Positions 38,230 to 52,479 of a DNA stretch of 64,000 nucleotides are shown in pieces (within the stretch, counting starts at the first letter, position 1; each line of letters begins with the position of its first letter). The stretch is from Carcharhinus longimanus (lineage: Eukaryota). The notes under the pieces were generated by a model. It was not told the origin of the DNA and did not search any database. It saw only the letters and a program-made list of their open reading frames with translations. The position numbers and the translations under genes were made by a program. The stretch covers positions 67,581,202 through 67,645,201 of the forward strand of contig JASCQW010000081.1 in assembly GCA_030264375.1 (NCBI GenBank), read 5' to 3'.

Positions 38230-38535
38230 AATCTAGAGGAAGAGTAAGAGGTGACTTGATTGAAGCCATTAAGATCCTGAAGAGTATTGGCAGGGTGGAC
38301 GTAGAACAAAACATCCTCTCTTATCAGAAAATCTTGAACTGGAGGTCACTGTATAAAGATACGTGGTTGCTCATTTAAAGACAGTGATCAGGAGAAACTG
38401 TTTCTTGCAGAGGGTCGTGATTCCCTGGAACTTTCTTCCTCAAAAAGCAGTGGACGCAGAGGGCAGAATTTTCCCTTCCTACCCGCCATGGGACTTGTAG
38501 CAGTCGGGACACGGACCACGCAAAGATCCGTGACC
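38230..38535 (+). mobile_element. CR1 3' fragment (38230-38460) abutting a truncated Harbinger-like MITE (38461-38535)
   Basis: agagtaagaggtgacttgattgaa...ggaggtcactgtataaag followed by GGGCAGAATTTT; the MITE part resembles 48397-48522. Confidence 0.75.
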
Positions 38536-39273
38536 TTAGGCAGCAATTTATCTTTGTTTGCAACCACTGACATTCTTGTCACCAGGGCAGATTCTATGCT
38601 GTACAGAGGGATATATGTATAATACTATACACTTAGACTGTTTGAGATAGCTGGAGAAGATGTGTGCAGGACCATAATGTTAAAATTATAATGCACCACC
38701 CTCTCCCTCCACCAAAACAAAATGGGAGCTTAGAGTAGTTTGTTTTGAGGGGCAGGAGCACTCAGTAGCCACTGGGGTCACTCGTAAATGGACAATCAGG
38801 ATAGCAGGTCAATGCTGCCGAATGGTAAACAACATTTCTGATGAAGTGTACAGTCAAAGTATGCTGACTTTTCAAGAGAGAAGTGGGAATTTGTCAACAC
38901 TATTCAATTTAATGACTTTCGCTAGAATAAACTGTTGAAAGTCAAGGGAACACTTGCACCAGTGAGGGAAAGGACTAAATGGCAAATCAACTGCTCAAGT
39001 CATAATTTGACAGAAGGAAGTTTTTTCTTTGTTGTTTTGCTGCACCAGATAGTTGACTTTTAGTGACGCTTTAACTCATTTAGTATTTTGCTGAGGAAAG
39101 CCATTAAGAGCGAGAGAGAGAGAGAGGATGGTCACGTTTGATTTCTGTGCAAGATGCCAGACTCTAAGGGTAAAACTCTGAGCTGCAGAATCTGCATAAT
39201 TCGACCACAGCTCAGCACTTTTGCTTTAAATTTCAGCCCACAGCACTTTCCAACAGAGATACTGATGACTCAC

Positions 39274-39315
39274 GTTGACTGTGACCACTGCTAACAGTCT
39301 AATAGATGGAAACAT
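39274..39315 (-). CDS. Candidate alternative first exon, coding part MFPSIRLLAVVTVN (phase 0)
   Basis: gggATG at 39315, 14 codons, donor AAC|GTGAGT at 39274/39273; preceded by about 600 nt of unique CpG-retaining sequence with a pyrimidine-rich 5' end; many upstream ATGs. Confidence 0.22.
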
Positions 39316-40273
39316 CCCTCATGGCTTTCCCCAGTACAAATCCTCACTGATAATGTGTAAACTAAATGGAATTTCAATCCTTTACACACATGAAGTATTA
39401 CTGGTATACGGTTCCAGAGGCATCCACTGGGCGATTGGGAATTTCTGTGCCTATTTCATTAGGCCACTGCTGCTGGTATTTTCAGCTGCCTCATCAAACT
39501 CCTTCACGGTATATTACTACATCCCCAGGATATCGCCCATACAGAGATAGGTTGCAGCATATCGAGTGGAGGAGGCACAGTGAACATGAAGGGCGACTCC
39601 AGACAATTACACACAACGAGAGTTTGGAAGCCTGATGGAAAGCAGGCCTGAAGGAATTCCAAAATGTAATTGATAAGGCAGCGGGTAGGTAGTTGGACAG
39701 ACAAAATCTGCTCTCTGTGGATTCAGAGCAGCATATGGTTTTGACCAGAAAAGAAAAGGTCATCCGCTTTACTCACTAACTACGCTGGAGAGACAAAGAG
39801 AGATAACGAGCACAGCAGGGAAAGTAGAAGAGGGAAAGAAAAGGAGAAACTTGAAGTCGAATAAAGCAGGACTGTATCGTCACTTCAAAAGAAAGCAAAT
39901 GGAAAATATGATTTGTTGCCCAGAATTGAATCCTTGGAAATTACAGGTCAACAATATTTTTTAAATCAAGAAATAAAGTTCCTTGGTGTATGATTCCCAA
40001 TGTCTGGCAGGCATTTAAGTTACAAGAAAATGAAAAGGAACCCTGTACACGACAGAAGTCTCCACACAACTGGTACTATTCCAAAACATGTCATTACTGT
40101 AACAAATGCCTGCCCCAGAAAGAGTTCACTAAGATCATTTTACACGATGCTCACTGTAACTTCATGGAAATGATTTAAGAGACGCCGCACTGTCAGCATC
40201 TCAAATATGATTGCCTGCTGCAATGCAGTGCACCGTTAAAAATACAATTAATTCTCCACAGTCCCATAAACTT

Positions 40274-40275
<2 letters not shown>

Positions 40276-40350
<75 letters not shown>

Positions 40351-40450
40351 NNNNNNNNNNNNNNNNNNNNNNNNNNNNNNNNNNNNNNNNNNNNNNNNNN
40401 NNNNNNNNNNNNNNNNNNNNNNNNNNNNNNNNNNNNNNNNNNNNNNNNNN

Positions 40451-40497
<47 letters not shown>

Positions 40498-40505
40498 CAC
40501 ACACA
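40276..40505. repeat. (CA)n microsatellite spanning an assembly gap
   Basis: Direct observation. Confidence 0.95.
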
Positions 40506-41339
40506 TCTTGATGGAAATATCATTTGGACTAGCTGGACCAGAATTTAGTGCATGATGAGATGTCAAACTGATTTACTTAGTCAGATAACTTATTGTTGCT
40601 TTTTTGCCCATATTGCCTTTCTGTAGGTGGCGTCGTAAATTAAAAGTCAAATTACTTTCTCAGCCAGCATTGGTCACTGAAATAAGCAAATAGACATCTT
40701 GTCAAAGCAATATATACAGCACGCATTGGCCACATTCCCAGGCAACATTGTGGCCATCATTTGACCCGTTTTGGCAGTGCAAGTTCTTTTAGAGAGTTAT
40801 CCAATTGGTCCAACTTTCCAACACTGTTGTTCCATTTTTAACCAAAGATGCAGTTCCCTTTTAAAAGTTACTTTGAATCTGCCTCGTTCATGCTTTCAGT
40901 CAAAAAGCATTCCAAAAGAAAAAATCTCATCCCACCCCTGTATGATGTATGACAAATCTATCCAAAGCAAAAAAGGAACTGCATTCGGGGGATCCACTGT
41001 TGGCACCAGATGGCATTTGTACTGAGCCAAGTTCAGTCCCTGATATGGTGCTAGACTGCAACAAGAGACAGTATATCTGTTCACCATCACCCTCTAGAAA
41101 CACTGAAAGTGAACAAGATTAGGGAAAAAAGGATAAAATCTTGAGCCCATGTTCACCGTCTGCGAGGTCACCAGTGGGAGCTCACGATCCAGAAAGCACA
41201 ATTCTCAACAGCATTCTTGAGAATGCTGTGATATTATGGCATGATGTAACGTTAGTGTGTTTTACAACAGCCCCCCACAGCCATGGTGAAAGAGCCTGCC
41301 AGCAATCAAATTTCTATTCTCAAACTGAAAAATGTAATC

Positions 41340-41840
41340 ACTTAGAATACCTACAGTACAGAAGGAGGTTGTTCATCAAGTCTGTCTCGACCACCACCCA
41401 TCCTAGGCCCTATTNNNNNNNNNNNNNNNNNNNNNNNNNNNNNNNNNNNNNNNNNNNNNNNNNNNNNNNNNNNNNNNNNNNNNNNNNNNNNNNNNNNNNN
41501 NNNNNNNNNNNNNNGGCCAATTGGTCCAACGAGTCTGTACCAACAACAATCCCACCCAAGCCCTATTCCCATAACCCTCATTTACCCTGCTAATTTCCTG
41601 ACACTAGGGTCAATTTAGCATGGTCAATCAATCAAGCTCACCTGCACATCTTTGGACTGTGGATTGAAACCAGAGCATCCAGAGGAAACCCATGCAGACA
41701 CAGGGAGAAAGTGCAAACTCTACACAGACAGTGACCCGAGGCTGGATTTGAACCTGGGTCCCCGGCGCTGTGAGACCTAAAAAAAAAGGCCCTGGTGCTG
41801 TGAGGTAGCAGTGCTAACCACTGTGCCATCATATTGCCCA
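41340..41840 (-). mobile_element. HE1 SINE (gapped) with a short internal head duplication around a poly-A insert
   Basis: cccggcgctgtgag-acctaaaaaaaaagg-ccctggtgctgtgagg at 41761-41805. Confidence 0.9.
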
Positions 41841-44109
41841 CATGGACCAGGCTCTGTCAGTCCTCCCAGAACCCTGCCCCAAACAAGAGAGAAACTGGAA
41901 ACAGACTTGGAAAACTTCATCATGCATATAGAAGTTAGGTGATCCCATGACTCAGATGAGAGCTCCTAAACTGAAAATCATAGTATTTCACAACAAAATT
42001 AAGACTGCCACCCTGCCCATTGAACTCATGCCAGTCCTCTGAAAGAGCTACCCAAATAATTTTTCACAAGGTGTTTTTCTTCTAGCTTGCATTGAGTTCA
42101 TTGGAACAATGCCAGAGACTGACGACAGAGAGGTCACAGCGGGGAATTAAGATGACAGGATTTTAACTGAAGATTGTTTTGGTCCAAAATGCAATTTAAA
42201 AGAAGGGAAACAGAGCATCACAGCACTAATGATTTCCAGCTGTGGCATTCATTCAGATAACACTGAGTGTAACACAGTGCAGATGACAACCAATGCTGAT
42301 TTAACTACTTGGACAATTTGCTTCCTCTGTAATACATGCAATCATTGTTTAAGATATAAAAATATTATACAACAAAACCACAATACAACTTGATTTCCTT
42401 GGTTCCATCTTAAGCCACATGCTCACAAATAGAGGAAATCAAATTCCAACAAGATGAAGCCTTTAGACCAGTCAAGCTTCCCCACTGTTTATAGCAATGT
42501 TGGATTATACTCTGGGCCATAATTTAGTGAATTCAGAGTTTTGGGCCAAAGAATCCAAAAATGTCCATGTGGCACATTAAAGTTTAACATAGCAGATCCA
42601 CATGCTGTTGCAAGTCTGCGAGAGTTACGCCATTATGAAACATTAAATGAAAACCATCTGCTGAAATCTGGCACACAACCTCATCTGCTTTGAGCAGCAC
42701 AAAACAATTGCAGAAAGGGCGAATGTGACACTCTCGCATCATGGTGCTTGTTCACAGCTTAGAGGGTTCCACACACCGGACAGTCAGATCAATGCCACGA
42801 TGTCCACATCCCATGACAGAATGAAAAATTATTGGCACTATCGATCTGCGTATGAACCGCAATCACAACGCAGGATCTAACAATCACGTAATTCAGTCAT
42901 AATGTTCTGAGTGTCAGATTCGTTTTGTAACTAAATATTAATTTTCTCCACTTCCAAAGGACTTTAAACATTTAAAGTTTAATATGTTAAGTAACTGCAA
43001 CATCATAAGGCAGATGACTTATATTAACTGAAGCAGTATCACCTGATTAAAACTAACATCACAAATTTATTGATTGTATCACTATAAACCTTATAGAGTT
43101 TAAGCGATAGGATTATGAGCATGTGATATCTTAAGAGATGTCGACCACCACGTTTAATAACTAAACAAACTATCTATTGTAGCAAATAAATTATGCAGAA
43201 GAAAGGTGCTACTGACTACTTCAACTCCAGTTTTAGATTGCCTGGAAAAGCCCGCTCTCAGCCCCAGGATTCACGCACTTTAGCCTGATTGTCCGATCGA
43301 GTCACAGAAAAAAACCACTTCCACCATCCCCCCCCCCCCCCCGCCCCCCACNNNNNNNNNNNNNNNNNNNNNNNNNNNNNNNNNNNNNNNNNNNNNNNNN
43401 NNNNNNNNNNNNNNNNNNNNNNNNNNNNNNNNNNNNNNNNNNNNNNNNNNNCCCCCCACCTCCCCTTACTCTACGAAAACTTGCCCCTAAAAGCGGCTCA
43501 CAATGACTGGACACAACATCCTAGCCGGCATCTCCTGTGGCTCCTCATCTCTACCCTAGACGGACTTAGCCCCCTTCCCCAGCATGTAGAACAGTGCAGG
43601 GTCGGATGGACTTTATTGCTAATCATGGGAAAACTGCTAATATTTAACTGTCTGCCTGATCAAATTAAGAAGGCTCTGGCCAAAGGAATGAATCTATATA
43701 CATATTTCCTTTAGGAGATGCTATAGCAAACGTTTTGTAAGTTATACATGGAAGTTTCAAGTTAATACAAAGCTTCACAATGAAAAATACTGACAACTGA
43801 CTTGTTACGTATCCAGTAATCTTGCATCGGGGTTGTCTTGTGTTGGGATGGTGTTGTCCACGGAATGTGTCTGTTGGAAATGTCTTTGTAATCTTCTATA
43901 TGTTAACAGCAAGTCTTAATTAATTGCTTGAAACTATATATAGGTATGCAGGAAGGGGTACAGGCAAGGAGATATCTCCATTTTTATGTTTGAACACATC
44001 ACAGGTCAACATTATACTGACCCTTGATCTAGATCACATGCCTTCTTACAGCACTGTGCGCGCAGAACTGTACTCAGTTGCAAATCTACTGGACCCATAT
44101 ACCATATCT

Positions 44110-44425
44110 AAGTTTAAGTTTATTTATTATTATCACAAGTAGGCTTACATTAATACTGTAATGAAGTTACTGTGAAAATCTCCTAGTCGTCACGCTCCGA
44201 TGCCTATTCGGGTACACTAAGGGAGAATTTAGCACAGCTAATGAACCTAACCAGCACATCTTTTCGACTGTGGGAGAGAACCAGAGCACCTGGAGGAAAC
44301 TCACATAGACAGACACAGGCAAAACGTACAGACTCCGCACAGGCCTTGACCAAAGCTGAAATTGAACCTGGGTCCCTGCAGCTATGAGGCAGCAATGCTA
44401 ACCATTGTGCTACCATCCTGCCCTA
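44110..44425 (-). mobile_element. HE1-related SINE with alternative tail
   Basis: Full head plus the tail shared with 8790 and 60283, ending in aagtttaagttt. Confidence 0.9.
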
Positions 44426-45224
44426 GCTCCTAGCTTTAAGAGAATAAGTACAGTGTGCTAAATTTAACAGAAAGACAGGGTGGCAAGCATGAACTCTCTC
44501 CCAACAATTAAAGATCAGAATGTGCCTGGAGCTTCTCATCTTTGATTACTGTGCAGTCTGGCAAGTGCCAGATTCTATCCTTGTGGCCTAAGCTGAGTTA
44601 GTTTATCTCAGTCAGGTTATGGTCACAGGGCTACAAATCGTCCAAGGAAACCCTGGACTACAAGAAGAAAACAGCTTGCATCCATAAAGCACCTTTAATA
44701 TATAAAACTATTCCAAAGAGCAGGCTGTAATCAGACAAAAATGGACATCAAGCCAAAGGCTGAGATCTGGAAAGAAGGTCAAGAGAGTGAGTTTGAAAGG
44801 AAGGTATTAAAGGAGGGAAAGGGATGAGAGGCAGAGAGATTGAATGGGACAACTTCAGAGTAAAAGTCCTCGATAGCTGACAGCATAGCTGTCAATAATG
44901 TGGCAAAGGACAGAGATTGCAAGTAAAAAAATAAGCCATGTTCTCTCTTGTCATCCACCTAATTGTACTTATACTGCACATGGGTGGATCTTGGTTGAGA
45001 ACAAGATCAGGCTCAACTCCTCCAAGCGAAATAGCTTGCCAGCACCAACAGGAATCAAATATGGTTAAGGATAAAGTCACAGAGAACACCCCAAGCCCAT
45101 GGAATCTTACCTTCAGGAACTTTCAAGAGGAAAATATGTGACTCTATACCAAGCTGGAGTTGTGCATTATCCTTGGTGTGATGTGCGACTTCTTTTGATT
45201 GTTTTGTGCACTGCAAAAATATTT

Positions 45225-45361
45225 TGGCTGGAATCTTACCACTGTTCACGCCGGTGGGATTTTCCCATCACGCCACAGTGAACGGAGATTTAGTTGGCTG
45301 CCAAATTCTCCGACTTCATTGCAGCAGGAGTGTGTCATGAACGGCAGGTAATATCGTGCCC
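45225..45361. mobile_element. Harbinger-like MITE
   Basis: Imperfect TIRs tggctggaatcttacc and ggtaatatcgtgccc; CpG-rich interior. Confidence 0.7.
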
Positions 45362-45454
45362 TATGTTGGATAGATGACTTGGTCAAAATCAAGGTGGTGG
45401 CTATTGATGAAAAGTTGAAAATCTGATTTCAGGTTTTTTGACCTATCATCAGAA

Positions 45455-45710
45455 TCTCAGGATGTCTCACGGCCAGTGAAGCACTTCTGAAGTACAGCAT
45501 AGGGAGCACAACAATCACTGTGCACACAGCACGGTTCCCCTCGCAGCAAAGAAATAAGTGACCAGATCACCTGTTTTTTGTGACATTTGTTGAGAGATAA
45601 ATATTGACAAGTAGAAATAGTGTAATTCCACTGCTCTTTGAATAGCACTGTGGAATCTTGCATATTCACGAGGGAAGGCAAACAGACCTCAATTTATTGT
45701 CTCATTAGGT
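45455..45710 (-). mobile_element. Deu-domain SINE fragment
   Basis: ctcaggatgtc...gaccagatcacctgttttt...ttgaatagcactgtggaatctt...ggcaaacagacctcaatttattgtctca. Confidence 0.65.
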
Positions 45711-45794
45711 GGACAGTAACCCACACCCACCCATGCCTCCACCTCCCCCCGCCTCTCTCCCCTCTTCCCCATAGTGCAATATTTTTCCAATAAT

Positions 45795-46060
45795 CATAGA
45801 ATCTACGGCACGGAGACAGGCCCTTCAGCCCAAACTGGTCCATGCCGACCAAAAAGCCCACCTAAGCTAACCCCATTTGCCTGCAATTGGTCCATATCCC
45901 TCTAAACCTTTCCAATCCATGTATCTGTCCAAATGCCTTTTAAATGTTGTCAGTGTCCCTGCCTCAACCACTTCTTCCTGCAGCTCATTCCACATACATA
46001 CCACCTTCTGTGTGTAAAAAAAAATGTTCCTTGGGTTCCCATTAATTTTTTCCCCTCTTA
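45795..46060 (-). mobile_element. CR1/HER1 3' end
   Basis: catagaatctacggcacggagacaggcccttcagccc...cagctcattccacatac. Confidence 0.9.
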
Positions 46061-47622
46061 ACTGCTGGATTTTAATATGACTGGATCAAGACTGGCACAA
46101 TCTATAGTTGCCAGGCAATTTAGATAAGTCAGGAGAGATGAGGTCATGTGTTGCAAGTGTAAATAAATTCAGATCAGAGTTAGGGGGTTAGGGAATGCTA
46201 GGCTATGTGCCATACTGTAGCATGCATCATGATCAGATAACAGGTGAGAAAAGAACTGCTGAGAAATAATAAATATTTTGTTTCGGCAATCACTACCATT
46301 TTTAATCTGGAACATAAACACAGAATATATCTGCCTATTATTCTGCTGTTAACACTCTACATAACCTACACGTAACTTCTTGTGGAGGGGCGCCAATCTC
46401 AAAACAGAGCTTTCAAGTGGCATTTGAAAATGTGCACACTCCATCCATTCTACAGAAACATTAAAGGGACAATCAATTTTCTTGTTCCTTTTCAGTATTA
46501 ATGCATACATCAAGAAACCAAAATTCCAACTGGTGCTTGAATAATTTTTTACTGAAACTCTTTGAAGGAAAAATCTATTCGTCGTGAACCCAGCTCTTTT
46601 CCCTACGGATCTGCAAATGTTGCTTTCTCATGTGCATTTTGAAACTTGTTATTAAATTTAAAGTTCTTTAGTTTTATTTGCCTTAAATCTCATCCAGCAC
46701 ACTAAAGTAAGTTTTGCTCTTTCGACGTGGGTGGCTTAAGTGGAAAATGAACTGGAATGCTGAGCACTACTCCAAGATTTACTGGTGTTTGCGCATGTTA
46801 CACCTGGGACTTACTTTTTTCTCTTAAATGCAGCTGTACACAAATTATCAGTTGCTTAACCTACCCAGAGACCTCCACAAAACCTTGGCTTCAAACTGGT
46901 CTTGCTCTCAAGTATCACTTGGGATCAAAGGAAGCGGATTGCCCAATAGTGAATATTTAAGCCACATTCCCTCACTATGCTAACAGGCTCATTAAATGTG
47001 CATAGCTCATTTTTAAAAACCGAACTTGGCATCACAAGGCTGAACATTGCTCAAAGGTACCACACCTTTCCTCCAGCGCACGTCAGGTCTTATTGTGCTC
47101 CACACAAACCAATACTGCAAACAAACGATAGGTTGAAACAGCAACAGTGCTGAATATTAGCCTATGATGTGTGTAAACAATCAATTACACAGCAAGTGTC
47201 ATTGGACCTTGCCTTGTAACTGATATTCCCTTTACTCTTATCAGAAGAAATAAAGTACCGTGTACTTGTGAACCTGACTTGAAGGCACAAGATTTTTCCA
47301 GTCTTTTCTGGAACAAACCTTCACTCAAATCTGACACTATTGAGTTTAAAAAAATGTTAGATTCTCCCCAAATAACCAAATTACACAAAAACCAAAAAAC
47401 TTCCACAGTTCAATTACAGTTGGTACTTCACCTAACAGGTAAATCATACATCAGGAGCGTATTCAAAATAAATGAGGGTTAGGACTTTGCTCTATGCCTG
47501 GCCTGTGCTATAGATTCACAAAGCAGAAGAAGCTCTTTGGTCCGTTGTGCCGATGCCAGCTTTTAATGGGATAATCCATTAGTACCACTGCCCTGCTCCG
47601 TTCCCCACAGAATTGAAAATAT

Positions 47623-47758
47623 TGGCTGGAACTTTGTTCGCTCCGGCGGGATCTTCTGATTCTGCCAATGGCACCCCACCGCCACAGGCTTCCCAGCGAC
47701 ATAGGGTCGCATCAATAGGAAATCCCATCGAACATGTCGTGGCCAGACAATCCTACCC
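47623..47758. mobile_element. Harbinger-like MITE inside a decayed CR1 3' fragment
   Basis: Ends tggctggaactt and aatcctaccc. Confidence 0.6.
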
Positions 47759-48396
47759 ATTGCCTTTTTACCATACACACACCTTTTGAAAGTTATGATT
47801 GCATTTAAAGTTCTTCAATTGGTGCCGGGTAATAAAAGTGAAAATACACCCCATTGTTCCTTTACATCAAAAGGACGTACACAAATTAACAAAAGAAAAT
47901 TTCACCGTCATTCCATTTATTCTTCTTACGCAATACCATTATAGACTTAAAATCTAGCAACAGCAAGATCCAATTACCTTGATTTTCTAATCACCTTGTA
48001 TTTTCCTCCCCTAATGGCATGCCCTCGCACCCCATTCCTATCAGTCATGAATTGGGTGCATAACCACGCTTGGTGGAAAGTTATAGGTGAAAAAGTATGT
48101 TCCAATATTTTGTTGGAAATCCCAACAGTCCATTCAGGTCAATACCCTGATCTGATCTCATTCTCATGACCTCACTGAATGGCAGACGGACTCAGTAGGA
48201 CTCCTATGTCCTAAGATCTGGTCTTGCTTCTTAACCTCCCAGTCGTCTGACTGTAATTCCCCCAAATTAATATTCATTGGTGCCCAGCCTGCGAATGTGA
48301 AGCACAAGGATACCGTGGGTTCCAGAAGGGTCTACAGAATATTCCAATAGGGTCATGTGTCCATCTCACATATGATGCCATAGCAGACGATTCTCA

Positions 48397-48522
48397 GGAC
48401 GGAATTTTAATGCCCCGTCCACCGCGGGAATTGTAGTGGGCAGGATACGGACCATGCAAAGGTCCATTGATCACGGGAGGGATTTTCTGGTCTTCAGCAA
48501 GCAAGGCCAGAAAATCCCATCC
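48397..48522. mobile_element. Harbinger-like MITE
   Basis: TIRs ggacggaatttt and aaaatcccatcc; reverse-complement relative of 60675-60831. Confidence 0.75.
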
Positions 48523-50687
48523 TTGTGTGGTTCTTACAAAACAAGGACCATGAGAAAAGTTTTTTTTGGATATGATATCATTGCAAAGTGCATCAGTTGT
48601 GTGAAAACATCTGCACAGCTGTGTTAAGTTAACTAGCTGTCACCTATATTGATGATCACCATCTGATCTGGGTGTCTCACGGGTTCAGATAAGCCTCTCT
48701 GGCTCTGCTGAATTTTTCACAGTATGTATTTCAGTGTACCTGTTCCTTCAGACTGCCAAATGCCCCTTCAAGATTGACCCCTGCTCCTTACTCACCCTGT
48801 CCATACCCCTCATAACCTTATACACCTCATATCCAATACTGCATTTGCAGAGATTCCATGTACCACATAAGATGTAAACCAAGGCCCATTTGCCACTTCA
48901 GGTGGAATGAAAAGTAGGCCTGGCACTAATTAGAAGAGTAGGGAGGTCTCCCTGATGTCCTGGACAACATTTATCCTGAACCAAGTCATGATAGCTGCTG
49001 TATAAGAATACATGCCCATCCAAATTTCTTTTTTCTATCAATGTGCCAAGATCACTGTTCCTCTGAACTTTCCTCCTTTTGTTTTAAACTCTAAGTACAC
49101 CATTCTACACTTCCTTCTTTTCCCTTGTAGTGTCACTTTTGAAAACTGGATGTTTGTCACACCATCTCTTAGTTCCGACATTCTCAAAATTGTGGGACTC
49201 CTTTCCCAAGAGTTTAGTCATTTATGTTTTAAAAAAAGCTAACTCTGACACCAGGTAATCTGTGCCTGATTCCAACCACACCACCCCCAACCCCCCACCA
49301 TCTCCTCCCCCTCCTCCACATCATCTCCCGCTCTTTTCAACCTTGGCTGTATACTGCACTACAGACTTTTAGCTAATAACCCTAATATTTATTTAAAAAG
49401 TAACTCCCCCAGAGTAGCACAACTGGCCAGAACTGCTTTTCCTTATAGTTACTGGCATTAAAAATATTTTGAATGCAGTTTAACAAATCAAAATATGAGT
49501 TCAGCTTCATCACATTCTCAGACACATGTGGCGGATGAATTGTTTGCTTGTACTAAGTCTAGCTGGGCTATGATAATGCCAAATGAAGGATTCCAGAGGA
49601 ATAGAGAACACATTACTGACATTATGCACTGTAGTAGTCTTTGCTATCTGAATATTAAACTCTCCAAATATCCTAAAATGTATGCAAAGAGCCAAGATAC
49701 AATGCACTTAATATAGCACTTTTGATTTTAATTTGTGATTAGTTTGTGAAGGCTGATGACCCTACCTTCCTCTCACCACTGACATTCCCTGGCACACTGG
49801 TACTGCCCACTGGGCACCAGGCACTACCAAGGGGATGGGCCTGGGGTGTGGCGGGGGCGGCGGGGGTCTGATGGCAGCCAAGTTTGACTGGAGGTGGAAC
49901 GTGACGGTGGAGGAAGGGGGGGGGTCTGTCGGAAAGGATTAAAGGGGGAACTCTGCNNNCGGGAGGTGGGGGAGCAGAGTACCAGTGATCAGGGGGCCGG
50001 CAATCATGTTTGGGGATGGTGATCAAGGGGGGCGTTGATGTCCTGTGCACTGGCACTCCCAGCGGCTTCCTGGCATGAATAGGCTCCATCCACTCCCCCT
50101 GCTGGCAGGAATCGCACTACAGTCTCTGTATTGCACAAAGTGCTATAAGTTATGGCATCTACCTCATTGGCACGACTGGAATAAATTCTTGTACATTGCA
50201 TTTTGAAATCTTATTTGGAAGTTCCCAAGGTGCTGTTATTGCAAGAAACATTATCCTGGAATGACCCTCTTTATCCTAAGTTCCCATCCGAGATTTCCGA
50301 GCAGTGGCTCCAGCCATTCACTCATGGAAGAAAGCGGAATGAGAGGGAGATTCCAGAGTTACTCATACACACCATCTTGCTGTTGTGCTCACAGCAGTGT
50401 TAGCAGAAGCCTAGGAAAGTCATCAGCCAGCTGAACCAGTAATAAATGCCATGTGGCATTTAACTGTGGAAAGGGGAGAACATGCATTTAGGGAATGTTT
50501 CACGAAAAGACAAAGGGCTCCTGATAACAAGACTCACTTTTCAAGGCAGAATTCAGTTTTTAATTTTGCATTATTAGAAAGTTTATCAAGACATTTCCCA
50601 GACAGGGGAAGGGGAAATTCCAACAGGCACAGAGGGAAAGGCAATCAAATACAGTTTAATTAATATCAAGAGGCACAATAAAAACAT

Positions 50688-51450
50688 GGGGCAGAATTCA
50701 GTGCTCCCACTCCATGAATCGAGTTGTGAGACACACTGTGTGATCGAGTGGAACAGTGCAGAGGAAAGATCTCGCTGCCTTTCCTCCTCTCAGCAGTTAA
50801 GTCTGGGAGAGGAAGGCTTGCAGGTGGCCTTCTCATCCTGGTATCAATTAAAGCCCTTGTGAGGCACTTAATGGCCACTTAAGGGCCTCATTCCATCACT
50901 GCTGGTATTCAACCAGCGCTAGGCGGGAGATCCACCATGTGGGAGACGGACAAGCAAATCCTAGCAGCATACAAGTTGTGAGGGGAGCATCCCTTGTTCA
51001 AAGGCACTTAGTGCCTGGGCAAGGGACCCGGGATTGGGAATGTGGGGCAGGTGCGGAGGGGGGTGGACGGGGGGGTAGGTAGGTGGGGGGTGGTAGGTGT
51101 GCCTGCAGAGAAGCGACCCTTCCCTTTTCTCCATTATGTCTCTCCCACCCATCACTGGCACCTTCCATCACATATCTTCCTCCAGAGGTCCAATAATGAA
51201 TCCTGCTGAAGGCCCAAATCAGCAGCCATTTCTCCCAGTGGCACTGTGGGTCATGGAGGGGAAGTTGGGCTGCTGGGTGGGATTTCTGCCCTGATGGTGG
51301 AAGTCCTGGAATTAACTGCCCCACCACCCCCCACACAGTGTGCTTCCCACTGCCAATTATGGACTTACTTAATTCCCTCAGGGTGCCTGGAGATTGGGTT
51401 GGTGACGGTGCCTTGGTTTTCGTGGTGGACATGGAGCCCCCTGCCACCCT
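50688..51450. mobile_element. Harbinger-like non-autonomous element
   Basis: Starts GGGGCAGAATTC; caattaaagccctt...ttaatggccacttaagggcct; related to 33227. Confidence 0.55.
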
Positions 51451-52479
51451 CATTGATTTCCATCCACATCAAAGACTTTGCTGAAGCACTTTTAAAAATT
51501 GGATAAGAAGCTGCAAGCACAACCGTGAAGAGAATGATATTGAATCAGACTCTTCTGGGAGGAATTATACAGGATGTCAATTCAGAAACAGCTCCCCTGC
51601 TGGTCTGTCATTGTTTGGAAAGAGCACCACTTGCAGCCTAGAAAAAGAACTACATTCTCTATCGGGGCAAAGTTGTCTGTGAACAACTTATGTGCTGCTT
51701 AAAGACACTGACTTGTGGCCCAATGAAGGCTCATGGAATAATTAACCAAACGGTTCAATTCACAATTACCATGGCACAGATCTCAGTGTACAAGCAATGC
51801 CATATTAGGGTTCGGTCTAATAAGCATGGAAAACCCATAGTTCATGAATGCTATGTTTATATTTCCACTGACTCTCAAAACCCACACCATTTCTATTGCA
51901 TTCATAGGCAAGAAACTTCATGTAAAATAGGGAGGTCCCCAGCAGGAGAGAAAATAGAAAAGGTAATTGGGAAAGATAGAAGAGGAGGGAGTGAAAGACA
52001 TAAAGAAAATGAGGCCATTGTCAAAACCATGGCTCTCAGGGGATTCCTGAAAGTAGGATCAATAGTTACATGGGCAGGAAGTCCCAAAGGGTCAGAGTGA
52101 AGTAGCTGAATAAATGGTAGAGCAAGCAAGAACAAGGCAGAGGAACCCTAAAGAGTGTGGATAGGGAGATGACACAGAGGGAGTCACTAACATACTGAAG
52201 AGATAGTTGGAATTGTGAACACCTATAACAAGAGTAGACCATTTAGCTTTTCTACCATTCAGTTGGACAGTGGCAAATTTGCTTTTGAACCACACTCATT
52301 TCAAGTGTACCAGGATCAGGCAGAAAGCTACGGGCGATTTTGATGCCCTGGTGTATGTCCTCTAATTTTTTTTATTTAGCAAATACTAGGGTCAGCTTCA
52401 AAAGAAGCAGGCTTCTTCTTGCTTTATTAGCTCCAACTGCCACTTTAACAGGAGGGAAAAAAAACCTTTCCAACATAGT

